Made by a program: the position numbers and the translations under genes. 64,000 nucleotides of DNA from Saccharofermentans sp. (GTDB lineage Bacteria; Bacillota; Clostridia; Saccharofermentanales; Saccharofermentanaceae), in assembly GCA_024695505.1 (NCBI GenBank), contig JAILIB010000135.1:19966-83965 (forward strand), written 5' to 3'. The first letter of the stretch is position 1. Each line of letters begins with the position of its first letter. The notes under the pieces were generated by a model. That model was not told where the DNA came from. It saw only the letters and a program-made list of their open reading frames with translations, and did not search any database. Of this stretch, positions 1-8,967 are shown one piece after another.

Positions 1-1
1 A

Positions 2-181
2 TCAGGTGGTGCATCCGGCGACGCTTATCGCCCGGAAAGCGCTGCACCCACACAGTCTTTTAATCCGCCCCCGGCAGATTCAATGGCTGCAAGTGCACCT
101 ACAGCACCTAATGTACAGATCGAAGCGCCTGTCGGCGGTTTTGATGAAGGTCAGTCCGGTGAGCTTCCATTTGAGATTTAA
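2..181 (+). CDS. ssb: Single-stranded DNA-binding protein, 3' end only (partial)
   Basis: Frame 2 reads SGGASGDAYRPESAAP...GGFDEGQSGELPFEI-stop, a Pro/Gly-rich linker with an acidic LPF tail. It lies directly before rpsR, as in rpsF-ssb-rpsR. Confidence 0.85.
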   Translation, partial: SGGASGDAYRPESAAPTQSFNPPPADSMAASAPTAPNVQIEAPVGGFDEGQSGELPFEI

Positions 182-200
182 TTAAAGGAGATCACTCAAA

Positions 201-473
201 ATGGCAGAGAACAGAGCACCCAGAGCCGGTGGTAGAGAGTTTGCCGGCGGTATGAGGCAGAGAAGAACACGCAGGAAGGTTTGCAACTTCTGCGCTAATA
301 AGGTCGAGTCTATCGACTTTATGGATGATGTTACACTCAAGAAGTACATTTCCGAGAACGGAAAGATCCTTCCTAAGAGAATGACAGGCACATGCGCAAT
401 CCATCAGCGTGAGCTCACAACAGCTATCAAGCGTGCACGCCAGGTAGCACTTTTGCCCTACACGGTTCAGTAA
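201..473 (+). CDS. rpsR: 30S ribosomal protein S18 (Zn-binding form)
   Basis: KVCNFC...[42 protein letters not shown]; SD AAGGAG upstream. Confidence 0.98.
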   Translation: MAENRAPRAGGREFAGGMRQRRTRRKVCNFCANKVESIDFMDDVTLKKYISENGKILPKRMTGTCAIHQRELTTAIKRARQVALLPYTVQ

Positions 474-490
474 TTCCGTTAATAGGACAA

Positions 491-527
491 AGTAGCCTGC
501 GGAGAGCACAATTTCTCGCGAGCTACT
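491..527 (+). other. Hairpin after rpsR (no U-tract)
   Basis: agtagc...gctact outer stem with gcggaga/tctcgc inner pairing. Confidence 0.45.
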
Positions 528-548
528 GTATAATCTAAAAAATGTAAT

Positions 549-604
549 AACAATCGGGCGCTCCGAGGGCATATAATATGTTCTTAAGGAAGCCCGATTG
601 TTTT
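549..604 (+). promoter_or_regulatory. Long hairpin plus T-tract upstream of rplI (terminator or attenuator)
   Basis: Perfect 11-bp stem aacaatcgggc/gcccgattgtt, inner gagggcatat/atatgttctt with G-U pairs, then T run; TATAAT at 529-534. Confidence 0.5.
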
Positions 605-642
605 AATAAAAAACAGATATTCGGGGACAAGCGGAGGTATTT

Positions 643-1089
643 ATGAAGGTAATTCTTCTTTCAGATGTTAAAAATGTAGGCAAGACAAATGAAGTTGTTA
701 ACGTCAGCGACGGTTATGCGAGGAATTTCCTCTTCAAGAAGGGCCTTGCCAAGGAAGTTACTTCCGCCAATCTTAATGAAGTTAAGCTCCAGACCGGTGC
801 CAAGGCTGAGCATGAGAGAAGAGCACTGCTCGCAGCCCAGGAGAATAAGAAGATCCTTGACGGCAAGGTTTTCCGTGTCGTAGCAAGGGGCGGTGCTGAC
901 GGCAGACTCTACGGAGCCGTTACGGCACAGGATATTTCCGACAGCCTTAAGAAGGAAGGCTTCGAGGTCGACAAGAAGAAGGTTGTTATCTCAAGCCCCA
1001 TTAAGAACACCGGTATGTTTAAGACAAGGATCAAGCTTCACCCTCAGGTATCGGCTGATATCAATGTTGAAGTCGTAACGGGTGCATAA
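643..1089 (+). CDS. rplI: 50S ribosomal protein L9
   Basis: MKVILL.DVKNVGK...[10 protein letters not shown]; GRLYGAVT; PIKNTG; SD GGAGGT. Confidence 0.98.
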   Translation: MKVILLSDVKNVGKTNEVVNVSDGYARNFLFKKGLAKEVTSANLNEVKLQTGAKAEHERRALLAAQENKKILDGKVFRVVARGGADGRLYGAVTAQDISDSLKKEGFEVDKKKVVISSPIKNTGMFKTRIKLHPQVSADINVEVVTGA

Positions 1090-1104
1090 GGCTTAAGATC
1101 TGAT

Positions 1105-2727
1105 ATGGCTGAGAATCTGGACTATTTGAATAATCTCATCGATCAGGGTGTCGATTCCAACGGCGAAGTGGATGTCGAGATGGCGCTCCTTGCACTTTGC
1201 ATGCGCAGGGATAAGGCTATCCTGAAGACTGTTGAGAACAAGATCATCGAGGAGGATTTCTCCGATATCCGCAACCGTACGATCTTCCAGGTCGTTATTG
1301 ACATGTTCCTTGATAATGCCCAGATCGACCGTATTACAGTCTATTCTGAATTAGAGAGAAGAGGCCTGGCCGAGAAGGCAGGCGGACAACGATATGTTTA
1401 CCGCGTTGGTGACAAGAACGCGGTTCAGACTGCTATCGACAGTTATATCGAGGCTATCAGGGAGAGAAGTGACAGAACCAAGCTCCTTAAGACCGTTGAT
1501 GCTATCAGGAACAAAGCTGTCGGCGGAGAGTTAAGGGCCGGAGAAGCCGTTGATTATGCCATCAACGCATTTTCGAGCCTCAAGGGAACAGGTGAGACCA
1601 AGGGCTTCGAGGTCTTATCGGATATCCTTAAGACAACAGTCAGCGAGATCTCTGCCGAACTCCGTGACGAGAACAGCGGAGGCAAGATCAAGCTCGGTTT
1701 CCCGAGACTTGATTCAATGTTAGGCGGATTAAGACCGGGATCACTTAATATACTTGCAGCGCGCCCCAGTATGGGTAAGTCCGCGCTTGCTATCAACATG
1801 GCTGCAAACGTAGCCGCCAATGGTAATCCCGTAGCAATATTCTCGCTCGAGATGAGCAAGCAGGAGATTGCATCAAGACTTATGTCTTCTTCAATGTCCA
1901 AGCCTGTCAGCGAGATCATTTATTCTCATAAGATGAGCGATTCCGACAGGAACCAGATAACCAGGGCTCTGTCGAAGTTATCCGATTTCCCGATCTATAT
2001 CGACGATAATTCGGATACCAATCCTGTAACCATGAAGTCCAAGCTGACCCAGCTTTTCGCGAGCCCCAATAAACCGAGACTCGTTGTTATCGACTATCTC
2101 CAGCTCATGACGATGCCTGGAGGCTCGGGCGGCAGATCCCGTAATGAAGAAGTTACTGCTATCTCGAGATCCTTGAAGCTTTTGGCAAAGGACTTCAATA
2201 TCCCAATCATTGCCCTGTCGCAGCTCTCAAGAGGCGCAGCGCAGAGAGATGACCATACACCGCAGCTCTCTGACTTGAGAGACTCCGGTGCTATCGAGCA
2301 GGATGCCGATACGGTAATGTTTATCGACAGACCCGATTACTACAAGAAGAAGGATGAGGAAGGAACTACGACCTCCGAAGAAGCCGAAGTTCCCGTAATC
2401 GATTTCAAGGACGGCAAGCAGGTCAAGCCTGCATTCATCTACCTGCAGAAGAACCGTCACGGCAAGACGGGAAGAGACTCAGTATGGTGGATCCCGAGTA
2501 AGACGATGTTCTATGAGAATGACGAGAGGAATCCTCAGGAAGACGCCGGCAGTGCATATACAAGAACTGTAGAAAGTGATGCGGCAGCGCAGAACTACAA
2601 TTTTGATAACGTAACTACGGATGAGGCTCCGATCCCGGAACCTCCTATGCCTGACAATGATGATATACCGCCTGAAGGCGATGACTTCTTTGCCCAGGCA
2701 AATGACAGTTTCCCGGACGGGTTTTAA
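1105..2727 (+). CDS. dnaB: Replicative DNA helicase DnaB with acidic C-terminal extension
   Basis: Walker A AARPSMGKS, FSLEM, VIDYLQL, ALSQLSR, LSDLRDSGAIEQDAD, KNRHG. Confidence 0.96.
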   Translation: MAENLDYLNNLIDQGVDSNGEVDVEMALLALCMRRDKAILKTVENKIIEEDFSDIRNRTIFQVVIDMFLDNAQIDRITVYSELERRGLAEKAGGQRYVYRVGDKNAVQTAIDSYIEAIRERSDRTKLLKTVDAIRNKAVGGELRAGEAVDYAINAFSSLKGTGETKGFEVLSDILKTTVSEISAELRDENSGGKIKLGFPRLDSMLGGLRPGSLNILAARPSMGKSALAINMAANVAANGNPVAIFSLEMSKQEIASRLMSSSMSKPVSEIIYSHKMSDSDRNQITRALSKLSDFPIYIDDNSDTNPVTMKSKLTQLFASPNKPRLVVIDYLQLMTMPGGSGGRSRNEEVTAISRSLKLLAKDFNIPIIALSQLSRGAAQRDDHTPQLSDLRDSGAIEQDADTVMFIDRPDYYKKKDEEGTTTSEEAEVPVIDFKDGKQVKPAFIYLQKNRHGKTGRDSVWWIPSKTMFYENDERNPQEDAGSAYTRTVESDAAAQNYNFDNVTTDEAPIPEPPMPDNDDIPPEGDDFFAQANDSFPDGF

Positions 2728-2730
2728 ATC

Positions 2731-4269
2731 TTGAAAAAAGAAGAGACAGTTGAGATCTTAGACAGGGTCCTTGAATTCGGGGGCAGTAAGGGATTATTTG
2801 ATTGCGGCATTATCGTTGCCGGTGTGTCCGGAGGCCCTGATTCCATGGCTTTGCTCCACATTCTCAAGGGTCTTAGGAACTGTTCTGACATAGACTGCGA
2901 TATATATGCGCTTATCTGCAATCACCACTTAAGACCCGGCGCCTGTGATGAGGAAGTCGAACTTGTAAGGCAGTTTTGCAAAGAAAACCACATAGAGCTC
3001 AAGGTGTTGGATTTTGACTGTAAAGGATTTGCCATGGCAAATCACATCTCGGAAGAGACCGCCGGAAGGATCTTAAGATATGAGGCTTTTGAGCAATATG
3101 CAAAAGCGCTTGAGGAAGCGACAAATAAGACTGTCCGTGTAGCCATTGCCCATCACAGGGACGATATCGCCGAGACCATGATGATGAACCTCTTCCGCGG
3201 TTCGGGTCTTGACGGACTTGTAAATCCGAAGCCTGTTGCCGGCAGGATAATAAGGCCGCTTCTGTGCCTTAAGAAGAGTGAACTGGTCGATTACTTGGAC
3301 ACGTTGGGTGTCGAATATGCCATCGATAAGACAAATCTCGAGGCTAACGGGACGCGCAACACATGGCGCAATGAATTCCTGCCTAAGATCGGTGAATTCT
3401 ATAACGAAGACCCGTCCGTGCCGCTTGCCAGGACTTATAAACTCTTATGTGACGACTTAGATTATATAACGACGGCTTCTTTTGAAGCTTATGCCGCAAG
3501 CCGCAAGGTTTTGTCGGGCTATCCCGTTCTTTCCGTTTCAGAAATCAACTGCCTTCACAGGGCCTTGAAGTCACGTGCTGTCAGATACCTGTGGCAGGAG
3601 ACCTTCGGTGATCTCATAGATTTTGAAGAAGGACACCTTAATGACTGTTTCTCGCTCGTGACAGGTGATGCTGCTGGCGAGACCACTATTGATATGCCTT
3701 TTGGAAGAAAAGCATACAGACACGGGGATATTTTCGGATTTACCACAGAGACGGGGATCTCGAAATTAGGCGGCGCTATTGCAGAAAATATGGGATTTGT
3801 GTTGTCTGAAGGCCCCGTAAATAAAGCTGTTGACCTTAATGAAGTTCAGGAAAAGGGTGTTGTCCGAACAAGTATCCCTGAATCTGACTTTATATTAGAA
3901 GTAAGAATAATTGAGAATGAGACAGAGTTAGAGTATAATAACTTATTGTGGTTTTGTCATGCTGACGTATTGGGCGGCGGCAAGATTACATTGGGTAACT
4001 GCAAGGGGCTTGGAACCTCCTTCAGGTTTAAGAAGGCAGGATCTGCGGGCAGCAAAGAGATAAGCCGTCTCATGACTGACCTCAAGGTCCCTGAATCTGC
4101 CAGAAAGCAGATCCTCTTTATCGAGAGTGAAGGGAACATATTGTGGTTACCGGGCTTCGGGCACGGTTTAGGCTTTACAAACAGCGTAAGCCGCGAGAAA
4201 TACATCGCAGGCAGACAGGGTTCAGGAGGATCTGACACTTTGATCTCATTTGCGATAGAAAGGCAGTAA
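2731..4269 (+). CDS. tilS: tRNA(Ile)-lysidine synthetase
   Basis: PP-loop SGGPDS, NHHLR, R.LRY, AHHRDD.AET, IIRPLL; tilS-hpt-ftsH order; TTG start uncertain. Confidence 0.93.
   Translation: MKKEETVEILDRVLEFGGSKGLFDCGIIVAGVSGGPDSMALLHILKGLRNCSDIDCDIYALICNHHLRPGACDEEVELVRQFCKENHIELKVLDFDCKGFAMANHISEETAGRILRYEAFEQYAKALEEATNKTVRVAIAHHRDDIAETMMMNLFRGSGLDGLVNPKPVAGRIIRPLLCLKKSELVDYLDTLGVEYAIDKTNLEANGTRNTWRNEFLPKIGEFYNEDPSVPLARTYKLLCDDLDYITTASFEAYAASRKVLSGYPVLSVSEINCLHRALKSRAVRYLWQETFGDLIDFEEGHLNDCFSLVTGDAAGETTIDMPFGRKAYRHGDIFGFTTETGISKLGGAIAENMGFVLSEGPVNKAVDLNEVQEKGVVRTSIPESDFILEVRIIENETELEYNNLLWFCHADVLGGGKITLGNCKGLGTSFRFKKAGSAGSKEISRLMTDLKVPESARKQILFIESEGNILWLPGFGHGLGFTNSVSREKYIAGRQGSGGSDTLISFAIERQ
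3911..3939 (+). promoter_or_regulatory. Sigma-A-like promoter inside tilS, pointing to hpt-ftsH
   Basis: TTGAGA(3911-3916)-17 bp-TATAAT(3934-3939). Confidence 0.5.
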
Positions 4270-4275
4270 GGTAAT

Positions 4276-4800
4276 ATGGCTGTAAATACTGACGAAGTAT
4301 TGATTTCACATGCTGAGATCGAGCAGATGCTTGATCGTGTAAGTGCAGAGCTCAACCGCGATTACAACGGCAAGCCCCTTGTTGTTGTAGGCATTCTTAC
4401 AGGTGCTTTTATCTTTACTGCCGACCTCATCAGGCGTCTTGAGATGCCTGTCATCGTTGATTTCATGCAGGTTTCTTCTTATGTCGGCGAGTACTCCACC
4501 GGAGAACTAAAGATCAAGAAGGATCTGTCTGTAGATATTAAGGATATGGACGTTCTTATCGTTGAAGATATCATCGATACGGGAAGAACGCTCTCACTCC
4601 TTAAGGAACAGCTTAAGCAAAGAGAACCCAGGTCACTGAAGATCTGTACTGCTTTTGACAAGCCGGACAGAAGAGTAGTTGACCTGGTGCCTGACTATAA
4701 CGGAATAACGATCCCTGACGAATTCATTGTCGGTTACGGTCTTGACCTTGACGGCAAATACAGAGATTTTGACGACATCAGGATCGTAAGAAAGGAATAA
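4276..4800 (+). CDS. hpt: Hypoxanthine phosphoribosyltransferase
   Basis: PRPP motif VLIVEDIIDTGRTL; FIVGYGLD. Confidence 0.96.
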   Translation: MAVNTDEVLISHAEIEQMLDRVSAELNRDYNGKPLVVVGILTGAFIFTADLIRRLEMPVIVDFMQVSSYVGEYSTGELKIKKDLSVDIKDMDVLIVEDIIDTGRTLSLLKEQLKQREPRSLKICTAFDKPDRRVVDLVPDYNGITIPDEFIVGYGLDLDGKYRDFDDIRIVRKE

Positions 4801-4806
4801 GAGAAC

Positions 4807-6879
4807 GTGAGCGATAAGAATGGCGATAAAAAAGAGAGCAGCTTTAAACCGATAGGCGGCGGTCTGTTCTTTTATGTTTTGATGATAGTAATACTGATTG
4901 CTTTCTCAACGATTGTTTTCGGAGGCAATTACGGACAGAAGGAGAAGTCCACGCTGTCTGACGTTATGGCGATCATTGACGATCAGAAAAACGAAGTAAA
5001 CCTCGTTGAGGTAAAGGGAACCGTAGTCAACGTTACATACAAGAACGAAGAGGGTCTCGTCGTTGAGGTTACCCAGGAAGTTCCTTATGAGTTCGTTGAT
5101 GACCTTCTCCTTAAGCTCGATAATGCGAAGAAGCAGGGCAAGATCGAGGGTTATAACTATACAGAGCCTTTTGACTGGTCATTGATCGTAAACATTGCGA
5201 TGTTTGCAATCTCCATAATCGTAGTTGTTGTTCTGTTCTTCAGTCTCACAAGACAGAGCAGGGACGGCAACAGTGTATTCAGCTTCGGTAATAACCGTGC
5301 GAGACTCTCTGATCCTAACAAGGACAAGGTCAAGTTCTCAGACGTTGCAGGTTCTGTCGAGGAGAAGGAAGAACTTCAGGAAATCGTTGATTTCCTTAAG
5401 AATCCCAAGAAGTACCAGCAGCTCGGAGCCAAGATCCCGAAGGGTGTTCTCCTCTATGGTGCGCCCGGTACAGGTAAGACATTGCTTGCCAGAGCCGTTG
5501 CAGGTGAAGCAGGCGTTAAGTTCTTCTATATCTCAGGTTCAGACTTCGTTGAGATGCTCGTAGGTGTCGGTGCATCACGTGTAAGATCACTCTTCTCAGA
5601 TGCAAAGAAAGAAGCACCTGCAGTCGTATTCATCGACGAGATCGATGCAGTCGGCCGTAAGAGAGGCGCAGGTCTTGGCGGCGGTCAGGACGAGCGTGAG
5701 CAGACATTGAACCAGATCCTCGTTGAGATGGACGGATTCGATGTTAACTCCAATGTTATCGTTATGGCAGCTACCAACCGTGTTGACGTACTTGACCCCG
5801 CGCTTCTGCGTCCGGGCAGATTCGACAGACGTATCATGGTCAACATGCCTGATGCCGATGAACGTGAAGCTATCCTTAAGATCCACGCCCGCAAGAAGCC
5901 TCTTGCAAAGGACGTAAGCCTCCATGAAGTCGCTCTCTCAACAGTCGGCTTTACAGGCGCTGATCTTGAGAATCTCCTTAACGAAGCAGCCCTCATGGCA
6001 GCGCGTCATAACAAGAAAGAGATCACGATGAAGGAGATCACTGATGCCACATTCAGAGTTCAGATGGGTCCCCAGAAGAATTCCAAGAAGCTCAGCGACA
6101 AGGTTAAGCGTCTTACCGCTTACCACGAAGCAGGTCACGCAGTTGTTCTCCGCGCTACGTCAGAGTTCGAGAAGGTTGACCGTGTAACGATCGTTCCTGC
6201 AGGCAGTGCAGGCGGTTTCACAGCTTATAAGCCGATTGAAGATACTGATTTCTATACAGAGAAGATGCTCCTTGATACCATCAAGATGACTTTGGGCGGA
6301 CGTGCCGCAGAAGAAGTCTTCCTTGGTGAGGTATCAACCGGTGCTGCATCTGACCTCCAGCAGTGCAACAACATTGCCAAGAATATGATCAAGCGTTACG
6401 GACTCTCAAAGAAGTTCCGCAACATGGTTTTCGGTGATGAGAACGAAGAAGTGTTCCTCGGATATTCAATGGGTCAGGTTCAGAGCTATTCCGAGAAGAC
6501 AGCTGCTGAGATCGACGAAGAGATCAAGTCCATCATAGACTCATGCTATGAGGAGACAAAGAGGATCCTCATCGAGAAGCAGAGCATTGTTGTCGGTCTT
6601 GCTACCAGACTTATCGACAAGCTCACGGTTGACGGTCCTGACTTCGAGAAGATCTACGAGGCAGACGGTGAACTGAAGGTCGTATATCCGGCCGAGTATT
6701 CCGGCATCGATATTTCAGGCGACGTTAAGACAGAAGATAACGCTGATGCGGATACTGAGGCGGATGCTGATGTTGATGTTGATACTGATAAGGCAGAGGC
6801 TCCTGAGGAGACAGCTGCTGCTCCTGAGAAATCTGCTGTCGATCCTGACGATTCCAACGATCCGGGTCCTTCAGACTGA
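4807..6879 (+). CDS. ftsH: ATP-dependent zinc metalloprotease FtsH
   Basis: Two N-terminal TMs, [18 protein letters not shown]...[17 protein letters not shown]. Confidence 0.98.
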   Translation: MSDKNGDKKESSFKPIGGGLFFYVLMIVILIAFSTIVFGGNYGQKEKSTLSDVMAIIDDQKNEVNLVEVKGTVVNVTYKNEEGLVVEVTQEVPYEFVDDLLLKLDNAKKQGKIEGYNYTEPFDWSLIVNIAMFAISIIVVVVLFFSLTRQSRDGNSVFSFGNNRARLSDPNKDKVKFSDVAGSVEEKEELQEIVDFLKNPKKYQQLGAKIPKGVLLYGAPGTGKTLLARAVAGEAGVKFFYISGSDFVEMLVGVGASRVRSLFSDAKKEAPAVVFIDEIDAVGRKRGAGLGGGQDEREQTLNQILVEMDGFDVNSNVIVMAATNRVDVLDPALLRPGRFDRRIMVNMPDADEREAILKIHARKKPLAKDVSLHEVALSTVGFTGADLENLLNEAALMAARHNKKEITMKEITDATFRVQMGPQKNSKKLSDKVKRLTAYHEAGHAVVLRATSEFEKVDRVTIVPAGSAGGFTAYKPIEDTDFYTEKMLLDTIKMTLGGRAAEEVFLGEVSTGAASDLQQCNNIAKNMIKRYGLSKKFRNMVFGDENEEVFLGYSMGQVQSYSEKTAAEIDEEIKSIIDSCYEETKRILIEKQSIVVGLATRLIDKLTVDGPDFEKIYEADGELKVVYPAEYSGIDISGDVKTEDNADADTEADADVDVDTDKAEAPEETAAAPEKSAVDPDDSNDPGPSD

Positions 6880-6901
6880 TAACTGTTAGAATTTAAAAAC
6901 T

Positions 6902-6935
6902 AAAGGCTGCACTTCATCGTGAAGTGCAGCCTTTT
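6902..6935 (+). terminator. Intrinsic terminator of ftsH
   Basis: aaaggctgcacttca-tcg-tgaagtgcagcctttt perfect stem plus T run. Confidence 0.9.
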
Positions 6936-6937
6936 CT

Positions 6938-7193
6938 TATGCCCGGAATACCCCGCTTTGTACACACGTTTGTACAACACCTGCTGTACTTTTGCTGTAC
7001 ATATGCCCGGAATACCCCGCTTTGTACACACGTTTGTACAACACCCGCCGTACTTTTGCTGTACATAAGCCCGGAATCCCTCACTTTGTACACACGTTTG
7101 TACAACACCCGCCGTGCTTTTGCTGTACATTTACCCGTAAAACCATGCTTTGTACATACATTTGTAACGCACAGCCGTACAAATGCGTGTACA
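6938..7193. repeat. Tandem array of four 64-bp units, each with up to four GTAC cores in a palindromic arrangement
   Basis: Units start at 6938, 7002, 7066 and 7130. Units 1-3 are near identical (tatgcccggaataccccgctttgtacacacgtttgtacaacacc.gc.gtacttttgctgtaca); unit 4 is diverged. Confidence 0.92.
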
Positions 7194-7228
7194 ACACTTC
7201 CGCAACAACATACAGACAACGACAAATG

Positions 7229-7265
7229 AAAAAGGGCTGCCCGTTGTGAATGAACAGCCCCTTTT
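7229..7265 (-). terminator. Intrinsic terminator of prfC (possibly bidirectional)
   Basis: aaaaagggctg...cagcccctttt. Confidence 0.75.
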
Positions 7266-7288
7266 ATAACCTTGTTTATCAGTGAAGA

Positions 7289-8893
7289 TCACTTCGAATT
7301 TATGTTTTCGAATGTAAGATTGAACTTCTCGTTGTGTTCGACAGCCCAATCGACTGCCCACTCGGATTCGAAGAGAACAACAGGCTCGTCGTCCCTGTCG
7401 AGAACGAGAAGTGATGTTGATGTGAGAGTAAGATCTTTTGCGTCGAACCCTTCTACATCAGATTTTGCCCAACGGGCCAGGCGGTAGGGAAGACCGGTTC
7501 TTACGATATCAACGTTATATTCTGACTTAAGTCTGTATTCCAACACGTCGAACTGGAGGATACCGACAACGCCCATTACATAAGTCTCGGTACCGATTCC
7601 GGGCTGCTTGTAGAGCTGGACGGCACCTTCCTGTGAGAGCTGCTCGATACCCTTGAGGAACTGCTTGCGCTTCATGGAATCCTTAGGCTCGACACGTGCA
7701 AAGTTCTCGGGTGCGAATACAGGAATGGGATCGAACTCGAACTTGCGGTTTGTTGATATGATCGTGTCGCCGATCCTGAAGTTGCCGGGATCGAAGATAC
7801 CGATGATGTCGCCTGCAAAAGCTTCGTCAGTGATGACTCTGTCCTGGGCCATGAACTGCTGGGGCTGTGCAAGAGTGATCTTCTTGCCTGTGCGCATGAG
7901 GTTTACTGTCATGTTCTTCTCATACTGGCCGGAGCAGATACGGATAAATGCCATACGGTCTCTGTGGGAAGGATCCATGTTAGCCTGGATCTTGAATACG
8001 AAGCCTGAGAACATCGGATCTTCAGGTTCGATCATGCCGTCAGTCGTGTGGTGGACGGCAGGTCCGGGACTCATCTTAAGGAAGTGCTGCAAGAACGGTT
8101 CAACACCGAAGTTCGTGATAGCAGATCCGAAGAAAACGGGTGTAAGTTCACCTTTTAATACTTTCTCCATGTCAAGCTCATCGCCTGCCATGTCGAGAAG
8201 TTCAATGTCGTTTCTTAAGACTTCGATGTGACCGGGCATGAGCATCTCATCAAGCTTGGAATCGTCGATTCCTGAGACGCTCTGTGTAACCATGGAGGCA
8301 CCGTGGTCATTGTTTTCGCGGTCGAAAAGAAGAACATTTCTTGTTGCTCTCTCGAAAACGCCTTCGAAGTCACCGTCCGTGCCGATTGGCCAGTTGATGG
8401 GAACTGATCTGATGCCCAATACTTTCTCCAATTCGTCCATGAGGTCGAACGGGTTCTTGGCAGCACGGTCCATCTTATTAATGAATGTGAAGATCGGGAT
8501 ACCGCGTCTTCTGCATACCTGGAAAAGTTTTATTGTCTGGGCCTCGACACCCTTTGCGCCGTCTAAGACCATTACTGCGGAGTCTGCAGCACAGAGGGTC
8601 CTGTACGTGTCCTCTGAGAAGTCCTGGTGTCCGGGGGTATCGAGAATGTTGATGTGGCAGCCGTCATACTCGAACTGCATTACTGATGATGTTACCGAGA
8701 TACCACGCTTCTTCTCGATCTCCATCCAGTCGGATGTTGCGTGGCGGGCAGCTTTACGGGCCTTTACTGAGCCGGCCTGATGGATAGCTCCTCCGTAAAG
8801 GAGAAGTTTCTCGGTGATAGTTGTTTTACCTGCGTCCGGATGCGAGATGATCGCAAAGGTACGGCGTCTTTTTATTTCATCAACAGAATTCAT
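7289..8893 (-). CDS. prfC: Peptide chain release factor 3
   Basis: RRRTFAIISHPDAGKTT, SDWMEIEK.RGISV, LDTPGHQDFSEDTYRTL; start placed at MNSVDE behind SD GAGGT. Confidence 0.98.
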   Translation of the reverse strand: MNSVDEIKRRRTFAIISHPDAGKTTITEKLLLYGGAIHQAGSVKARKAARHATSDWMEIEKKRGISVTSSVMQFEYDGCHINILDTPGHQDFSEDTYRTLCAADSAVMVLDGAKGVEAQTIKLFQVCRRRGIPIFTFINKMDRAAKNPFDLMDELEKVLGIRSVPINWPIGTDGDFEGVFERATRNVLLFDRENNDHGASMVTQSVSGIDDSKLDEMLMPGHIEVLRNDIELLDMAGDELDMEKVLKGELTPVFFGSAITNFGVEPFLQHFLKMSPGPAVHHTTDGMIEPEDPMFSGFVFKIQANMDPSHRDRMAFIRICSGQYEKNMTVNLMRTGKKITLAQPQQFMAQDRVITDEAFAGDIIGIFDPGNFRIGDTIISTNRKFEFDPIPVFAPENFARVEPKDSMKRKQFLKGIEQLSQEGAVQLYKQPGIGTETYVMGVVGILQFDVLEYRLKSEYNVDIVRTGLPYRLARWAKSDVEGFDAKDLTLTSTSLLVLDRDDEPVVLFESEWAVDWAVEHNEKFNLTFENINSK

Positions 8894-8935
8894 TTTGACC
8901 TCAAGAAATGTATAATAACCTAATAGAGACAAGTA

Positions 8936-8964
8936 ATTATATATAAGAAAGAAGGGAATTACAA
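8936..8964 (-). promoter_or_regulatory. Sigma-A promoter for prfC
   Basis: Minus strand reads TTGTAA-17 bp-TATAAT. Confidence 0.6.
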
Positions 8965-8967
8965 ATA

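Noticed and set aside
201-275. Arg/Gly-rich N-terminal extension of S18
   Set aside because: Common in clostridial S18
6938-7193. CRISPR array (period near 64-66 bp)
   Set aside because: The whole unit is repeated, there are no unique spacers, and no cas genes are in the window
6900-7361. Several overlapping 76-103 aa ORFs on both strands
   Set aside because: By-products of the 64-bp repeat; no SD, and they lie between two terminators
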